Sequence record: OQ708376.1
DNA: 64,000 bases
Reading direction: 5' to 3' (one strand)
The notes beneath the pieces are model-generated. The model was not told the DNA's origin. It did no database searches and worked only from the letters and a program-made list of their open reading frames with translations. Below are positions 9,321 to 18,362 of the stretch, in pieces (within the stretch, counting starts at the first letter, position 1; every line of letters begins with the position of its first letter). The position numbers and the translations under genes are program-made.

Positions 9321-9662
9321 ATGACTATCTCAATTGCTCAATCTAACTTTGAAAATGAAATCATCGCCCAGGCACTGCGTTTAAATGATGGTCGGGCCGA
9401 AATTAATTACGGTTTCAATTCAGGCGGTTGCGAAAAATATCAGTACTTTGTAACGGCTGATGGCGGTGTCCTGGGTATCAATACAGTTATTGTAAACATC
9501 CAAAAAATTAATTTCAATGATCCAGACGATAGCCAGTTTTACATCACTGGCGTAGACGTGAACTATGAGGATGACTCACTAACTGATGATCACACTGGCG
9601 AGCGGTTAGAAAGTGCATACGGTGAAGATGATTATCAGTCCGGTCCAGAAGATTTCGAATAA
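9321..9662 (+). CDS. acidic conserved phage protein
   Basis: GG..YF.TADGGVL...VNYED..L.DDHTGERLESAYGE pattern; D/E-rich tail. Confidence 0.8.
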   Translation: MTISIAQSNFENEIIAQALRLNDGRAEINYGFNSGGCEKYQYFVTADGGVLGINTVIVNIQKINFNDPDDSQFYITGVDVNYEDDSLTDDHTGERLESAYGEDDYQSGPEDFE

Positions 9663-9758
9663 TATAAAAAAATAGTTTGACAATAGATTATAGTACTGTA
9701 TAATAGTTTACATCAAGGGGAGAAAAACTTCTCCCCACTAACAGAGAGAGAAAACAAA

Positions 9759-9971
9759 ATGGCTAATATCCGGTCGAAATTAAAAAATGCAAAACAAGTT
9801 TTATTTTCAGATCATGAATACTTTAATAAAGATATTACAGGAGTTACAAGTATCAAGGAAGTAAAAGAAAAAACCGGCGTTTTGTGTGATGTGCGATTAG
9901 TTGGAACATTTGGGAATAACGTGCTATATCGCTGCGGTGATTACAATTTTACACTGACTATCATTAACTAA
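9759..9971 (+). CDS. hypothetical early protein
   Basis: cassette. Confidence 0.75.
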   Translation: MANIRSKLKNAKQVLFSDHEYFNKDITGVTSIKEVKEKTGVLCDVRLVGTFGNNVLYRCGDYNFTLTIIN

Positions 9972-10053
9972 AAATATTATCACAGTACTATTGACATAGT
10001 TTGATAGTACTGACATAATAACTTTTATCAACTACACTATTAAGGAATTAAAA

Positions 10054-10233
10054 ATGGCTATCATCGCAAAAACTGAAATCGTTGGTCTGGATTCTATCAT
10101 CATGACGTTTGAAGATCAAAAAGGTATGTATGTAGTTTCATATGGTGATTATGTTCGGGAGTATGAAACGGTAGACGAAGCCTTTGAAAGTTACATTCGC
10201 CAGGTGAATAAAGCATACGACGATTACCGCTAA
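10054..10233 (+). CDS. hypothetical early protein (59 aa)
   Basis: below track cutoff; promoter 9991 and AAGGA RBS. Confidence 0.7.
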   Translation: MAIIAKTEIVGLDSIIMTFEDQKGMYVVSYGDYVREYETVDEAFESYIRQVNKAYDDYR

Positions 10234-10332
10234 AATATATTACCAGTACTATTAAAGATATTGACAACGTTTGATAGTACTGTATAATAAGTTTTATCAA
10301 CAGTAGTTAACTTAACCTAAGAGAGAAATAAA

Positions 10333-10476
10333 ATGATCGCACTGGATTCATTCATCGACGCAGTACTGGCAAAAACTGGCGAGGATCTGACCGCAGAACA
10401 ATACGCAATGATCGAGCAATGCCAGCAAGACGGTAAATCGGTGAAAGATACTGTTAAGATTATCCGCAAGATGTAA
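10333..10476 (+). CDS. hypothetical early protein (47 aa)
   Basis: promoter 10261, RBS, followed by terminator. Confidence 0.65.
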   Translation: MIALDSFIDAVLAKTGEDLTAEQYAMIEQCQQDGKSVKDTVKIIRKM

Positions 10477-10482
10477 GATTAT

Positions 10483-10510
10483 AGCCCACTGGTTAACGCT
10501 GGTGGGCTTT
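10483..10510 (+). terminator. intrinsic terminator containing a Chi site
   Basis: AGCCCAC..GTGGGCT-TT. Confidence 0.6.
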
Positions 10511-10581
10511 AATTCATTACCCTATACAATGCCAGTACTAAACCGTTTATCTCGTTAGAATGCGTTACAGGACGTTTAACA

Positions 10582-10779
10582 ATGATTAGCATGAAATCAG
10601 TACAAAAACAAATAGAAACATTATCAAAAATTAAACGTAAACAGTACTCCTTAGAATATACAATCAATGGTAACTATCATCTAATGAAAGAGAATAATTT
10701 TATAGTCATTGATGAATCATTGCAAATCATTAGTATAGTACTGAAAGCATTAATCAATGACAGAAAAAAATTAAAATAA
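10582..10779 (+). CDS. hypothetical protein
   Basis: ORF track. Confidence 0.55.
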   Translation: MISMKSVQKQIETLSKIKRKQYSLEYTINGNYHLMKENNFIVIDESLQIISIVLKALINDRKKLK

Positions 10780-10818
10780 ACTATTGACAATATCATCAAG
10801 TACTGGCATAATACTTAC

Positions 10819-10866
10819 ATCAAGACGAGAACGTCACTAACCCATAGGGTGCACAAATGTAACTGT
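10819..10866 (+). ncRNA. candidate small RNA S8
   Basis: TTGACA-17-CATAAT, GACG-AGAA-CGTC hairpin, AACCCATAGGGTGCACAAATGTA. Confidence 0.45.
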
Positions 10867-11110
10867 ATAATATTGATCAAAAAATGATCTGATCAATACT
10901 TGATCAATTTGCGTAAAGTAGTATAATTCTATGCAGTTGGTTAGACGAAAGGTTATGATTAGTAGTGCAAGTGTATAAAAATTTTCATGGTGTATCGTTT
11001 CGCACATATGGGGATGAATATGTGGTATCATGTGGATTGGAAAAAGTAAGAACAAGTAATATTATTGTCGCATTACAGTACTATAGTATTTTTATAATGA
11101 GGTTAAAATA

Positions 11111-11368
11111 ATGGCTGTAGGATTCGCGAAAGATGGGGCCGAACAAGACGAGATTAACGCAGTGATTCAGGCCGCCGTTAACCACGCTAGAAAGCAAATT
11201 AACGCACAAATAGAATCACTGATACATTGCCTCGACTGCGGCGATATAATCCCTGAGAATCGACGCCAGGCCGTTAAGGGATGTAAGTACTGCATAACTT
11301 GCCAGGAGGATCATGATAGTACTTTTAAACGTCCCCCGCGTAATTGTTGGCATAGATCTATGAGATAA
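11111..11368 (+). CDS. TraR/DksA C4-type zinc-finger protein
   Basis: MAVGFAKDGAEQD N-terminus; CLDC-x17-CITC; IPENRR. Confidence 0.92.
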   Translation: MAVGFAKDGAEQDEINAVIQAAVNHARKQINAQIESLIHCLDCGDIIPENRRQAVKGCKYCITCQEDHDSTFKRPPRNCWHRSMR

Positions 11369-11431
11369 AAAGTATTGACAGTACTGAAAGATAGTGTATA
11401 ATGTTTTATATCTTAACTGAGGATAGAAATC

Positions 11432-11788
11432 ATGGGAATACAACATATCACGCGTACTACTGACAATGGCGAGATCACTGGTTATCAAGTACAGGGCAAA
11501 GTAGCACAATTGCAGTACTGGTTTGTTAAACGTGGAATCATTGCACCGGATCTTGATTATGACCGTGTAGCGTTTATTGATTCTCTTTATGTTGATCCTG
11601 ATAGTCGGGGCAATGGTGAAGGTAACGAATTAATGAATGCCTTTATTGATGCCGCCGATGATTCAGATTGTATCATTTTAGAATGCGATACGGGAGAAGA
11701 TAACGCCTTTAATCTTAAAGAATGGTACGAAGGTTTCGGATTCGAGGTACTGATCGATAGTGAATATCCTATCATGATTTTATCATAG
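11432..11788 (+). CDS. GNAT family N-acetyltransferase
   Basis: motif A LYVDPDSRGNGEGNELM; motif B LKEWYEGFGF. Confidence 0.85.
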   Translation: MGIQHITRTTDNGEITGYQVQGKVAQLQYWFVKRGIIAPDLDYDRVAFIDSLYVDPDSRGNGEGNELMNAFIDAADDSDCIILECDTGEDNAFNLKEWYEGFGFEVLIDSEYPIMILS

Positions 11789-11860
11789 TACTTGCATTTA
11801 GTTTTCAGTAGTGTTATAGTACTTACATCAAGGGGAAACATCTTCCCCTACTAAGAGGAA

Positions 11861-12055
11861 ATGAAAATGGAAAACTTATCAAGTATTTTAGTACAAGATG
11901 ATTTCGGTAATCCTGGAAGTGCTATCATTGTTCGGGGTAATAAAGCAACATTTGTTATTGCTGGTGGACCTGTACAGCGTAGCATTAAAAACAATGCCGT
12001 TACTATTAATAATGTACGCTATCGCTTAGATAAAGAATTGATTCATAAACTGTAA
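11861..12055 (+). CDS. hypothetical early protein
   Basis: cassette. Confidence 0.7.
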   Translation: MKMENLSSILVQDDFGNPGSAIIVRGNKATFVIAGGPVQRSIKNNAVTINNVRYRLDKELIHKL

Positions 12056-12082
12056 TATTAATTTAATAGAGGATAACAATAA

Positions 12083-12406
12083 ATGTACATTCATACTACT
12101 ATCACAAAGGAAGTCCGTTGCCAGTTCGAAAGTATTCCGGGCGTATGTTTCATCACTGGTACGTTTTCCCCTGGTGATCGTGATAATCCAGTACTGTTAC
12201 AATTACGCCATCCATCATGGGATAAAGCATTTGATCTACCGTTGAATGAATTCGCAACTACTGCTGAAAAGTACATTAAAAATATTCGCGAGAATGATCG
12301 ACTATTCATTAATGCTTTTAGTGATTCCGCGTTAAGCGAGATCCACGGTGTATTGGTTGCAATCATGGAATCAATGGAGAAAACTAAATTCAAACAAGGT
12401 GAATAA
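12083..12406 (+). CDS. hypothetical protein
   Basis: GAGGA RBS. Confidence 0.75.
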   Translation: MYIHTTITKEVRCQFESIPGVCFITGTFSPGDRDNPVLLQLRHPSWDKAFDLPLNEFATTAEKYIKNIRENDRLFINAFSDSALSEIHGVLVAIMESMEKTKFKQGE

Positions 12407-12489
12407 AAACTATTGACAAGATAATCTAGTACTGTATAATAAGTTACATGAAGGGGAGAAATGATTCTCCCCACTGAGAGGAAAGAAAA

Positions 12490-12702
12490 ATGCAAGGTCA
12501 ACTAATCGTTCGTAAATGGTCTGATACTAACGCTAAACCGTGGGATGTACAATACATCGGACCGGATGGGGTATCACGTTATCAGCCTGGCGTAACGCAT
12601 AGTACTGAGCAATATGCCGCCGCTCACCGCGAACGCCTGTTAGAATCCATGAAACAGGGATACGGTGAAAAATTCATTCAAGATCATTGGCTGAAAGATT
12701 AA
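12490..12702 (+). CDS. hypothetical early protein
   Basis: cassette. Confidence 0.75.
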   Translation: MQGQLIVRKWSDTNAKPWDVQYIGPDGVSRYQPGVTHSTEQYAAAHRERLLESMKQGYGEKFIQDHWLKD

Positions 12703-12719
12703 TATAAGGAGTACAGCTT

Positions 12720-13127
12720 ATGCAAATGAATCCGATGATTATTGTTTTAGCTGTACTTATGATCATTCATGCAATAGTAGAAGTATTAACGCAATCAGGA
12801 GTAATAAAATGATTCAAGTAGAATTATCAGTACTGAAAGATCTGTTTTATCGGTTAGGTACTACTGGCGAGTATCCTAAAAGTGATACCGCAAAACTTTT
12901 TGTATCACTCGACTTATGGCAACGCGAACAATTAGTAATGTCCTGGCGTAAAGGTAAAGCAGATAGCGAGGTGAAAGCATGAAAGAATTCTTATTCGAAG
13001 TAGTGTTTCAAGGTGTCGGTAGTAACCAACTGATTCGCTCAAGTGGTTACAATGTTAACCAGGCATGGAATAACATTAAACAAATGTACCCGAACGCTAT
13101 CACCTATCGCAACCCGAAACAAGTTTA
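12720..13127 (+). CDS. three tiny coupled ORFs (~30, ~57, ~49 aa; first hydrophobic)
   Basis: AAGGAG/AGGAG/GAGG RBSs with ATGA overlaps; below track cutoff. Confidence 0.5.
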
Positions 13128-13181
13128 AAAATAATTGAAAAAGGGATTGACTCCGGTCAGTCCCTTTGCTATTATATACGC

Positions 13182-13223
13182 ATAGAAACAAATCAGCCCA
13201 CAGGGTGCATAAATGTATCTATT
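13182..13223 (+). ncRNA. candidate small RNA S9
   Basis: TTGACT-17-TATTAT, then AGCCCACAGGGTGCATAAATGTATCTA. Confidence 0.45.
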
Positions 13224-13301
13224 GTTTGCTGGTGGCTAGTACTGAAAACTATTTTTAAAAAAGTACTTGCATTGTACTTAGAATCAAGTATAATGTTTTA
13301 C

Positions 13302-13374
13302 ATCAGGACGGGGAACGAAACAAGTAACCCCGTTAAGTAGTCCAGGAGTAAGACATAAGAAAACCTCCCCTGAT
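13302..13374 (+). ncRNA. candidate multi-stem RNA J3
   Basis: near copy of J1 with stems preserved. Confidence 0.45.
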
Positions 13375-13443
13375 AAAATAGTTTGACAATAGAAAGTAAA
13401 CGAGTATAATACTTACATCAACCACTGATAAGGAAACATTAAA

Positions 13444-13719
13444 ATGCGGATTCTACTGACAGCTAACGAAATCGAACAAGTACTGACTACTAACCTGGAA
13501 GACTGGAAACGTGAAGCAGATATCCAGGCGGTTCAACGGCTTAACGATGAGTTAACGCCGGATGACTTAAGCAAGATTGTAGATCCTCAATTCTACGAAG
13601 ATATCCACGACACCGCGTTAAGCGTCGAGGATGTACTAGATAAGCACTACATTGATATTGATTTGCAGGTTTACGGTCGTAAAAACTTTATCACTATTCA
13701 CGACATTTACAATAATTAA
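13444..13719 (+). CDS. acidic hypothetical protein
   Basis: promoter and AAGGA RBS; D/E-rich. Confidence 0.75.
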   Translation: MRILLTANEIEQVLTTNLEDWKREADIQAVQRLNDELTPDDLSKIVDPQFYEDIHDTALSVEDVLDKHYIDIDLQVYGRKNFITIHDIYNN

Positions 13720-13805
13720 GTATTGACAAAGTATCTTAGTACTGTATAATAGTTTACATCGAGAGGGGGAATGGTTCCCCTCCTAACAAAGAGAGAGAAA
13801 TAAAA

Positions 13806-13988
13806 ATGGCTAAATGCACTATCTGTAAGAAAGAAATCGTATTAGTTCCAAGTGCCCGTGAACGTGCCGCTCGGTTCGGTGGCAAAGCGTCAGACTATAC
13901 AAAAATGTTTACTACCCATGCAGCTTGCCAGGTAGCAAAACGTTCACAAGAAAGCGTAGAATTAATGCGTAAACTTTCCAAAAAATAA
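13806..13988 (+). CDS. small putative Zn-binding protein
   Basis: CxxC ... HxxC. Confidence 0.75.
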   Translation: MAKCTICKKEIVLVPSARERAARFGGKASDYTKMFTTHAACQVAKRSQESVELMRKLSKK

Positions 13989-14077
13989 GTATTGACAAAG
14001 TATCTTAGTACTGTATAATAGTTTACATCAAGCGAGGGGAATGGTTCCCCTCCTAACTAAAAGAGAGAGAAATAAAA

Positions 14078-14401
14078 ATGGCTATGATCCTTACCCAGAA
14101 AGTAGAACTGAAAATTGTAACCTCCTTTGACATTAAAGTTAATCGCTGGACTGATCGGAACGGTAACACTTACCACTCTTGCTACGTGTCCGCGTTAATT
14201 GGCGACCGCTGGGAAGACTTGGGACATGAAACCTTTACTTACGGTTACGGTACACAAGGAGAATACACGGGCTTGGAGATCATTAAAGAAACCGTTATAG
14301 GTTTCAACCCGAAAGAAAAAGTTATTCACCGCATCGAAAAAGAGATTAACAAAGAAATAACAGTTCGCTACTACGATGTAAAACGTAAGAAAGACATGTA
14401 A
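14078..14401 (+). CDS. early protein, paralogue of 7447..7770
   Basis: RWTDRNGNTYHSC, FTYGY, DVKRKKD. Confidence 0.8.
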   Translation: MAMILTQKVELKIVTSFDIKVNRWTDRNGNTYHSCYVSALIGDRWEDLGHETFTYGYGTQGEYTGLEIIKETVIGFNPKEKVIHRIEKEINKEITVRYYDVKRKKDM

Positions 14402-14496
14402 TAGAATCCATTTAAAGTACTATTTGACATTGCCCAGATAGTACTTTATAATAGACTCTAACTTGTAGTACTAACTCAACTAATAGGATGTATACC

Positions 14497-14892
14497 ATGA
14501 TTACTAAATTCTACGCTACCCGTGAAGCTGCCCGTATTGTTGCACGCGAGGAAGGAGCAGCATTTAAAGACATGGGCAAAGATGCACCGAAAGGTCAACG
14601 CTGGGCCGTACAGTTCAAAGAAATCTCTGATATCGTGAATTCACCGGAGCCAGTACTAACAGCAGCAGAACTAAAACGAGCGGATTTACTGGCGGCAGTA
14701 CTTAACGCACAAGATGAATTTATCGCTGATTCTGATATCAAAGTACAGACAAACCATACCGCTTGGACTCACGCGGATCACCTGGCAAACCTTAAGCGTC
14801 CAAGTGAACTGGTTCGCAACCAGAAAGAGATCCGACACGACCGTAAGGGTAATCGTGTAACAGTATACAGTAAACGCCGCCAGGTTATCTAA
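14497..14892 (+). CDS. early protein, paralogue of 2520..2786
   Basis: ATREAARIVAR, FKDMG, DRKGNRVTVY. Confidence 0.8.
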   Translation: MITKFYATREAARIVAREEGAAFKDMGKDAPKGQRWAVQFKEISDIVNSPEPVLTAAELKRADLLAAVLNAQDEFIADSDIKVQTNHTAWTHADHLANLKRPSELVRNQKEIRHDRKGNRVTVYSKRRQVI

Positions 14893-14914
14893 TAACTTGC
14901 AGTACTAACAACAC

Positions 14915-14939
14915 GGCGGGATCAGTTCCCGCCTTTTTT
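14915..14939 (+). terminator. intrinsic terminator
   Basis: GGCGGGA/TCCCGCC and T tract. Confidence 0.85.
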
Positions 14940-14954
14940 ATAGGATAAACTAAA

Positions 14955-15209
14955 ATGATTAAGGTACAACTATCTAAAGATAATATCTTGCGGGTACACT
15001 ATAAAGCACCACAGAGAATCATCACAAAGGCCGTACAGCTTGCTAATGAGTTTATTAATGGTAACCTATTACCAAGGAAGTTAAGCAACGGAAAACTGCG
15101 TGTAATCGATGTAGACACTAACAACAGAATAGTAATTGAGAACACAGGAAAGATAAACCTATATGAACACCAACAATATAATAAGAAAATAAAACTAATA
15201 TCACGTTGA
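14955..15209 (+). CDS. basic hypothetical protein
   Basis: AGGA RBS. Confidence 0.7.
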   Translation: MIKVQLSKDNILRVHYKAPQRIITKAVQLANEFINGNLLPRKLSNGKLRVIDVDTNNRIVIENTGKINLYEHQQYNKKIKLISR

Positions 15210-15262
15210 CAGTACTCAATTGTTTTAGTACTATGTACATATACCAACACGGGAGAAACAAA

Positions 15263-15481
15263 ATGAAATTATCTAAAATCGAAAAGAAAACTATTGATGA
15301 AGCAGTTAAGCACGGTTATACCTTTCGTAATGATTCACATTTTACCAATTTTCAACAAGGGTATCGTACTATTAAAAAACTCATTGACAAAGGTTTATTA
15401 GTTGAAGTCAATAACGGCAATGGTATTGAGTATCAACCAACACAAGACGCATTTTATTTTAAGAAATATAATATTATCTAA
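15263..15481 (+). CDS. possible winged-helix protein
   Basis: TIKKLIDKGLLVEV...YQPT pattern. Confidence 0.55.
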   Translation: MKLSKIEKKTIDEAVKHGYTFRNDSHFTNFQQGYRTIKKLIDKGLLVEVNNGNGIEYQPTQDAFYFKKYNII

Positions 15482-15539
15482 TTGACAGTACTCAAATGTT
15501 TTAGTACTATATGTACATACCAACACGGGGAAAAACAAA

Positions 15540-15782
15540 ATGATTACTTTAGAAAAACGTATCAAAGAAACTACATCGCTGGTGGAACTGTTAACAGTAC
15601 TGAAATGCCGTACTACTCGGTTTAGTACACCGGACTTTATTAATATGGTTGATGTTAATGGTCGCTATCGTATCACGGTCGAACAAGGAGCGGCGAAAGT
15701 ATTCAGTACTAAAAACACTAAGGAAGTGATTCACGCTGTAAGTGTTAAAAAAGTAGTTGCCATTGATAGTAAAGTACTGTAA
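15540..15782 (+). CDS. hypothetical protein
   Basis: promoter nearly identical to that of 15263. Confidence 0.7.
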   Translation: MITLEKRIKETTSLVELLTVLKCRTTRFSTPDFINMVDVNGRYRITVEQGAAKVFSTKNTKEVIHAVSVKKVVAIDSKVL

Positions 15783-15813
15783 GATAGTTTCATTAACTCA
15801 AGGAGAACATGCA

Positions 15814-16398
15814 ATGCGTAATTATACTAAATTCATCCGTACCCTGTCAGAAATGGAAACCAACAAAGAGATCCTTTCAGCTTGTCGGTTAGCTGGTCTG
15901 GAGATCATCGGTGCGGGTTCTTCCCGTATTGTATTCGCTTTAAATGATCGGTTAGTGATTAAGGTCGCGAATTGTGATGCGGGTGTAGAACAAAATGAAA
16001 CTGAATGTAAGGTATGGAATTTTTTAGATTATGACCGCCCTCAATTGAAACAGTACTTTGCAAAGGTGCATATGCATTTATGCGATCCTGATAATATGTT
16101 TATCGTTATGGATCGGTTGAGTACTGCAAGTAAAGGCAGTGTAAAGCACGTAAACGCGTGCAATGAATTAAAGTACAATATTAAACGTAATGCCATTGAA
16201 CGCCAGCACCGCTTTGCTGATGCACTACAACACGTTGATGATACATTATCAACACTAACGATAAGAGATATCAGAAAACAGAATATCGGCCAGGATCGTA
16301 ATGGCCTTATTAAAGTACTTGATTACGGTTTAACCCGCAATATCTGGAATCAGTACTATAAAAAGCGTGATGTAGAAGCAAGTAAGGTAACACGATAA
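15814..16398 (+). CDS. minimal Ser/Thr protein kinase-fold protein
   Basis: GAGSSRIVF, VIK, helix-C Glu (NETE), RDIRKQN, LDYG. Confidence 0.85.
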   Translation: MRNYTKFIRTLSEMETNKEILSACRLAGLEIIGAGSSRIVFALNDRLVIKVANCDAGVEQNETECKVWNFLDYDRPQLKQYFAKVHMHLCDPDNMFIVMDRLSTASKGSVKHVNACNELKYNIKRNAIERQHRFADALQHVDDTLSTLTIRDIRKQNIGQDRNGLIKVLDYGLTRNIWNQYYKKRDVEASKVTR

Positions 16399-16451
16399 AA
16401 AAGATTAAAAAAGGGATTGACTCCGGTCAGTCCCTTTGCTATTATATATTC

Positions 16452-16498
16452 ATTGAGAGATAACTCACTGACCCATAGGGTGCGGAAGTGTATCTATT
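16452..16498 (+). ncRNA. candidate small RNA S10
   Basis: TTGACT-17-TATTAT, then ACCCATAGGGTGCGGAAGTGTATCTA. Confidence 0.45.
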
Positions 16499-16619
16499 AT
16501 ATAAGTATTCAGTACTGAAAACTATTTTTAAAAAAGTACTTGCATTGTACTTAGAATCAAGTATAATGTTTTACATAGAGAGGGGGAAATGGTTCTCCCT
16601 GGTAATAAGGAATAAAATC

Positions 16620-16841
16620 ATGACTACAATGACTTGCATTTACGCTTCCAATCTTCTGAATGATGCGGCCTTTAATGTTGATTCAGAATATCAATGTTAT
16701 CGGGATGAAAATAAAAAAGTTTTTGTAGTTGATAATAATGGTTTCCATATTGAATTACAATCCGGTTTCACTGGTGTTGATGGTAAATCAGTGTGGGGCG
16801 TACAGGATGATAAAGGCACATATCATTTTAAACGTAATTAA
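16620..16841 (+). CDS. hypothetical early protein
   Basis: cassette. Confidence 0.75.
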   Translation: MTTMTCIYASNLLNDAAFNVDSEYQCYRDENKKVFVVDNNGFHIELQSGFTGVDGKSVWGVQDDKGTYHFKRN

Positions 16842-16925
16842 GTATTGACAAAGTATATCAGTACTGTATAATAGTTTACATCAAGGGGAGAATAGTTCTC
16901 CCCGATACTAAAAGGAAACAAAATT

Positions 16926-17198
16926 ATGTCCAGCTACTCCGCTACTATGATCATTAAAGATATGAACGGTAATCCTACTTCTGCTGGTGGATCATTTGGA
17001 AACATTAATTTAGATGGTCGGTTATCCATGCAATCAGCCATCGATGCAGCGAAAGAAGTTTTTAAGAATGAATGTACTGTTAGTAAGATGGATTATATGG
17101 GATTCGCTATCGAGAAAACTAATCGTTTTGTGAACTACAAAAATCCACTGATGATTGATACTAACCTGAAAGCTAACGAAGTGGGGTACTTATTATGA
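16926..17198 (+). CDS. hypothetical early protein
   Basis: cassette. Confidence 0.75.
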   Translation: MSSYSATMIIKDMNGNPTSAGGSFGNINLDGRLSMQSAIDAAKEVFKNECTVSKMDYMGFAIEKTNRFVNYKNPLMIDTNLKANEVGYLL

Positions 17199-17386
17199 CA
17201 GTAGAAGAAGTTAAAAAAGTACTGGCAGTACTACGCTATCATAATCATTGCAAGGTGAAGAATGATCCTGATTATGTTGATTCATCCCTGGAGGAAGACA
17301 CATTAAACGCAATAAGCCATATGCAAACATTAGCAAAGCGTATGACCGAAAAGAATAGACCGGACTATATCGGAAATAAAATTTAA
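17195..17386 (+). CDS. hypothetical protein
   Basis: ATGA overlap. Confidence 0.7.
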   Translation: MTVEEVKKVLAVLRYHNHCKVKNDPDYVDSSLEEDTLNAISHMQTLAKRMTEKNRPDYIGNKI

Positions 17387-17472
17387 AAAGTACTTGCATT
17401 GTAGTTAGATTAACGTATAATGTTTTACATAGAGCGGGGGAATAGTTCTCCCGCCAGTCCAGGAGATACACC

Positions 17473-17736
17473 ATGAACACTATCGAAATCACTATCAATG
17501 CACACGTATACGACAACGTAGTACTGCAAACTACTATGACCGCTAATGATACCAGTACTTTGCGGAATACCGTTGTAAGTGCTGTATGTGCTGCAATCGG
17601 TGATGTAGCCCTGGAAAATGCAGAACACATCAACAACGGTTTCACTATGTGCAAACGTGATAACGCAAAACATATCATCTTAGAAGGTTACGGCGGTGTA
17701 GAATATAATCTTTATATGAAAAAAGTACTTGCATAA
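17473..17736 (+). CDS. hypothetical early protein
   Basis: cassette. Confidence 0.75.
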   Translation: MNTIEITINAHVYDNVVLQTTMTANDTSTLRNTVVSAVCAAIGDVALENAEHINNGFTMCKRDNAKHIILEGYGGVEYNLYMKKVLA

Positions 17737-17803
17737 TAACTAAAACAAAGTATAATGTTTTGCATAGGGGGAGATATCCTCCCCCACTAAAAGGAGTAAT
17801 AAA

Positions 17804-18028
17804 ATGGCTAACTTTGATGAACTGATGCGGGAAGTAGCTAACCTGGCAGAAGAGAAGAAATCATTCGATTCTATCTATAACACCGCTCACCGTGATTCAG
17901 TACTGGCATGTACTCAGGATCAAAAAGATGAACTAATCGCCACCTATCATGAAGCATGGAAGTACTACCGACAATGGGAGAAAGAAGAAAGTGAGTCTAC
18001 CATTGACGGCCTCAATAATCTAATCTAA
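17804..18028 (+). CDS. acidic helical early protein
   Basis: cassette. Confidence 0.75.
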   Translation: MANFDELMREVANLAEEKKSFDSIYNTAHRDSVLACTQDQKDELIATYHEAWKYYRQWEKEESESTIDGLNNLI

Positions 18029-18104
18029 AAGTTTTATTTCAGTACTATTGACATAGCTTGATAGTACTGATGTAATAACTTTACTAACTACAAGGGGAAA
18101 CATA

Positions 18105-18362
18105 ATGGAACAGTTCACACAATATCGGGTAAATCCTCAAGCTATGGCCTACGTAGAAGACCATAAAACATTACCAGTACTGCAACCAGTTAAAGGCCAT
18201 ATCTATCGTGCTATGTCGTGGAGTACTGCACAGGATGGATATAAAACCGTTGCCGTGGGTATGTATTGCGGGAATGGTGAATGGTTTGATCCAAATAATC
18301 CGGTAGCCATTGACAGTACTGAAAAAATGAAATGGGCCGACTACATCGAAGATATTTCATAA
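18105..18362 (+). CDS. hypothetical protein
   Basis: promoter and RBS. Confidence 0.75.
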   Translation: MEQFTQYRVNPQAMAYVEDHKTLPVLQPVKGHIYRAMSWSTAQDGYKTVAVGMYCGNGEWFDPNNPVAIDSTEKMKWADYIEDIS

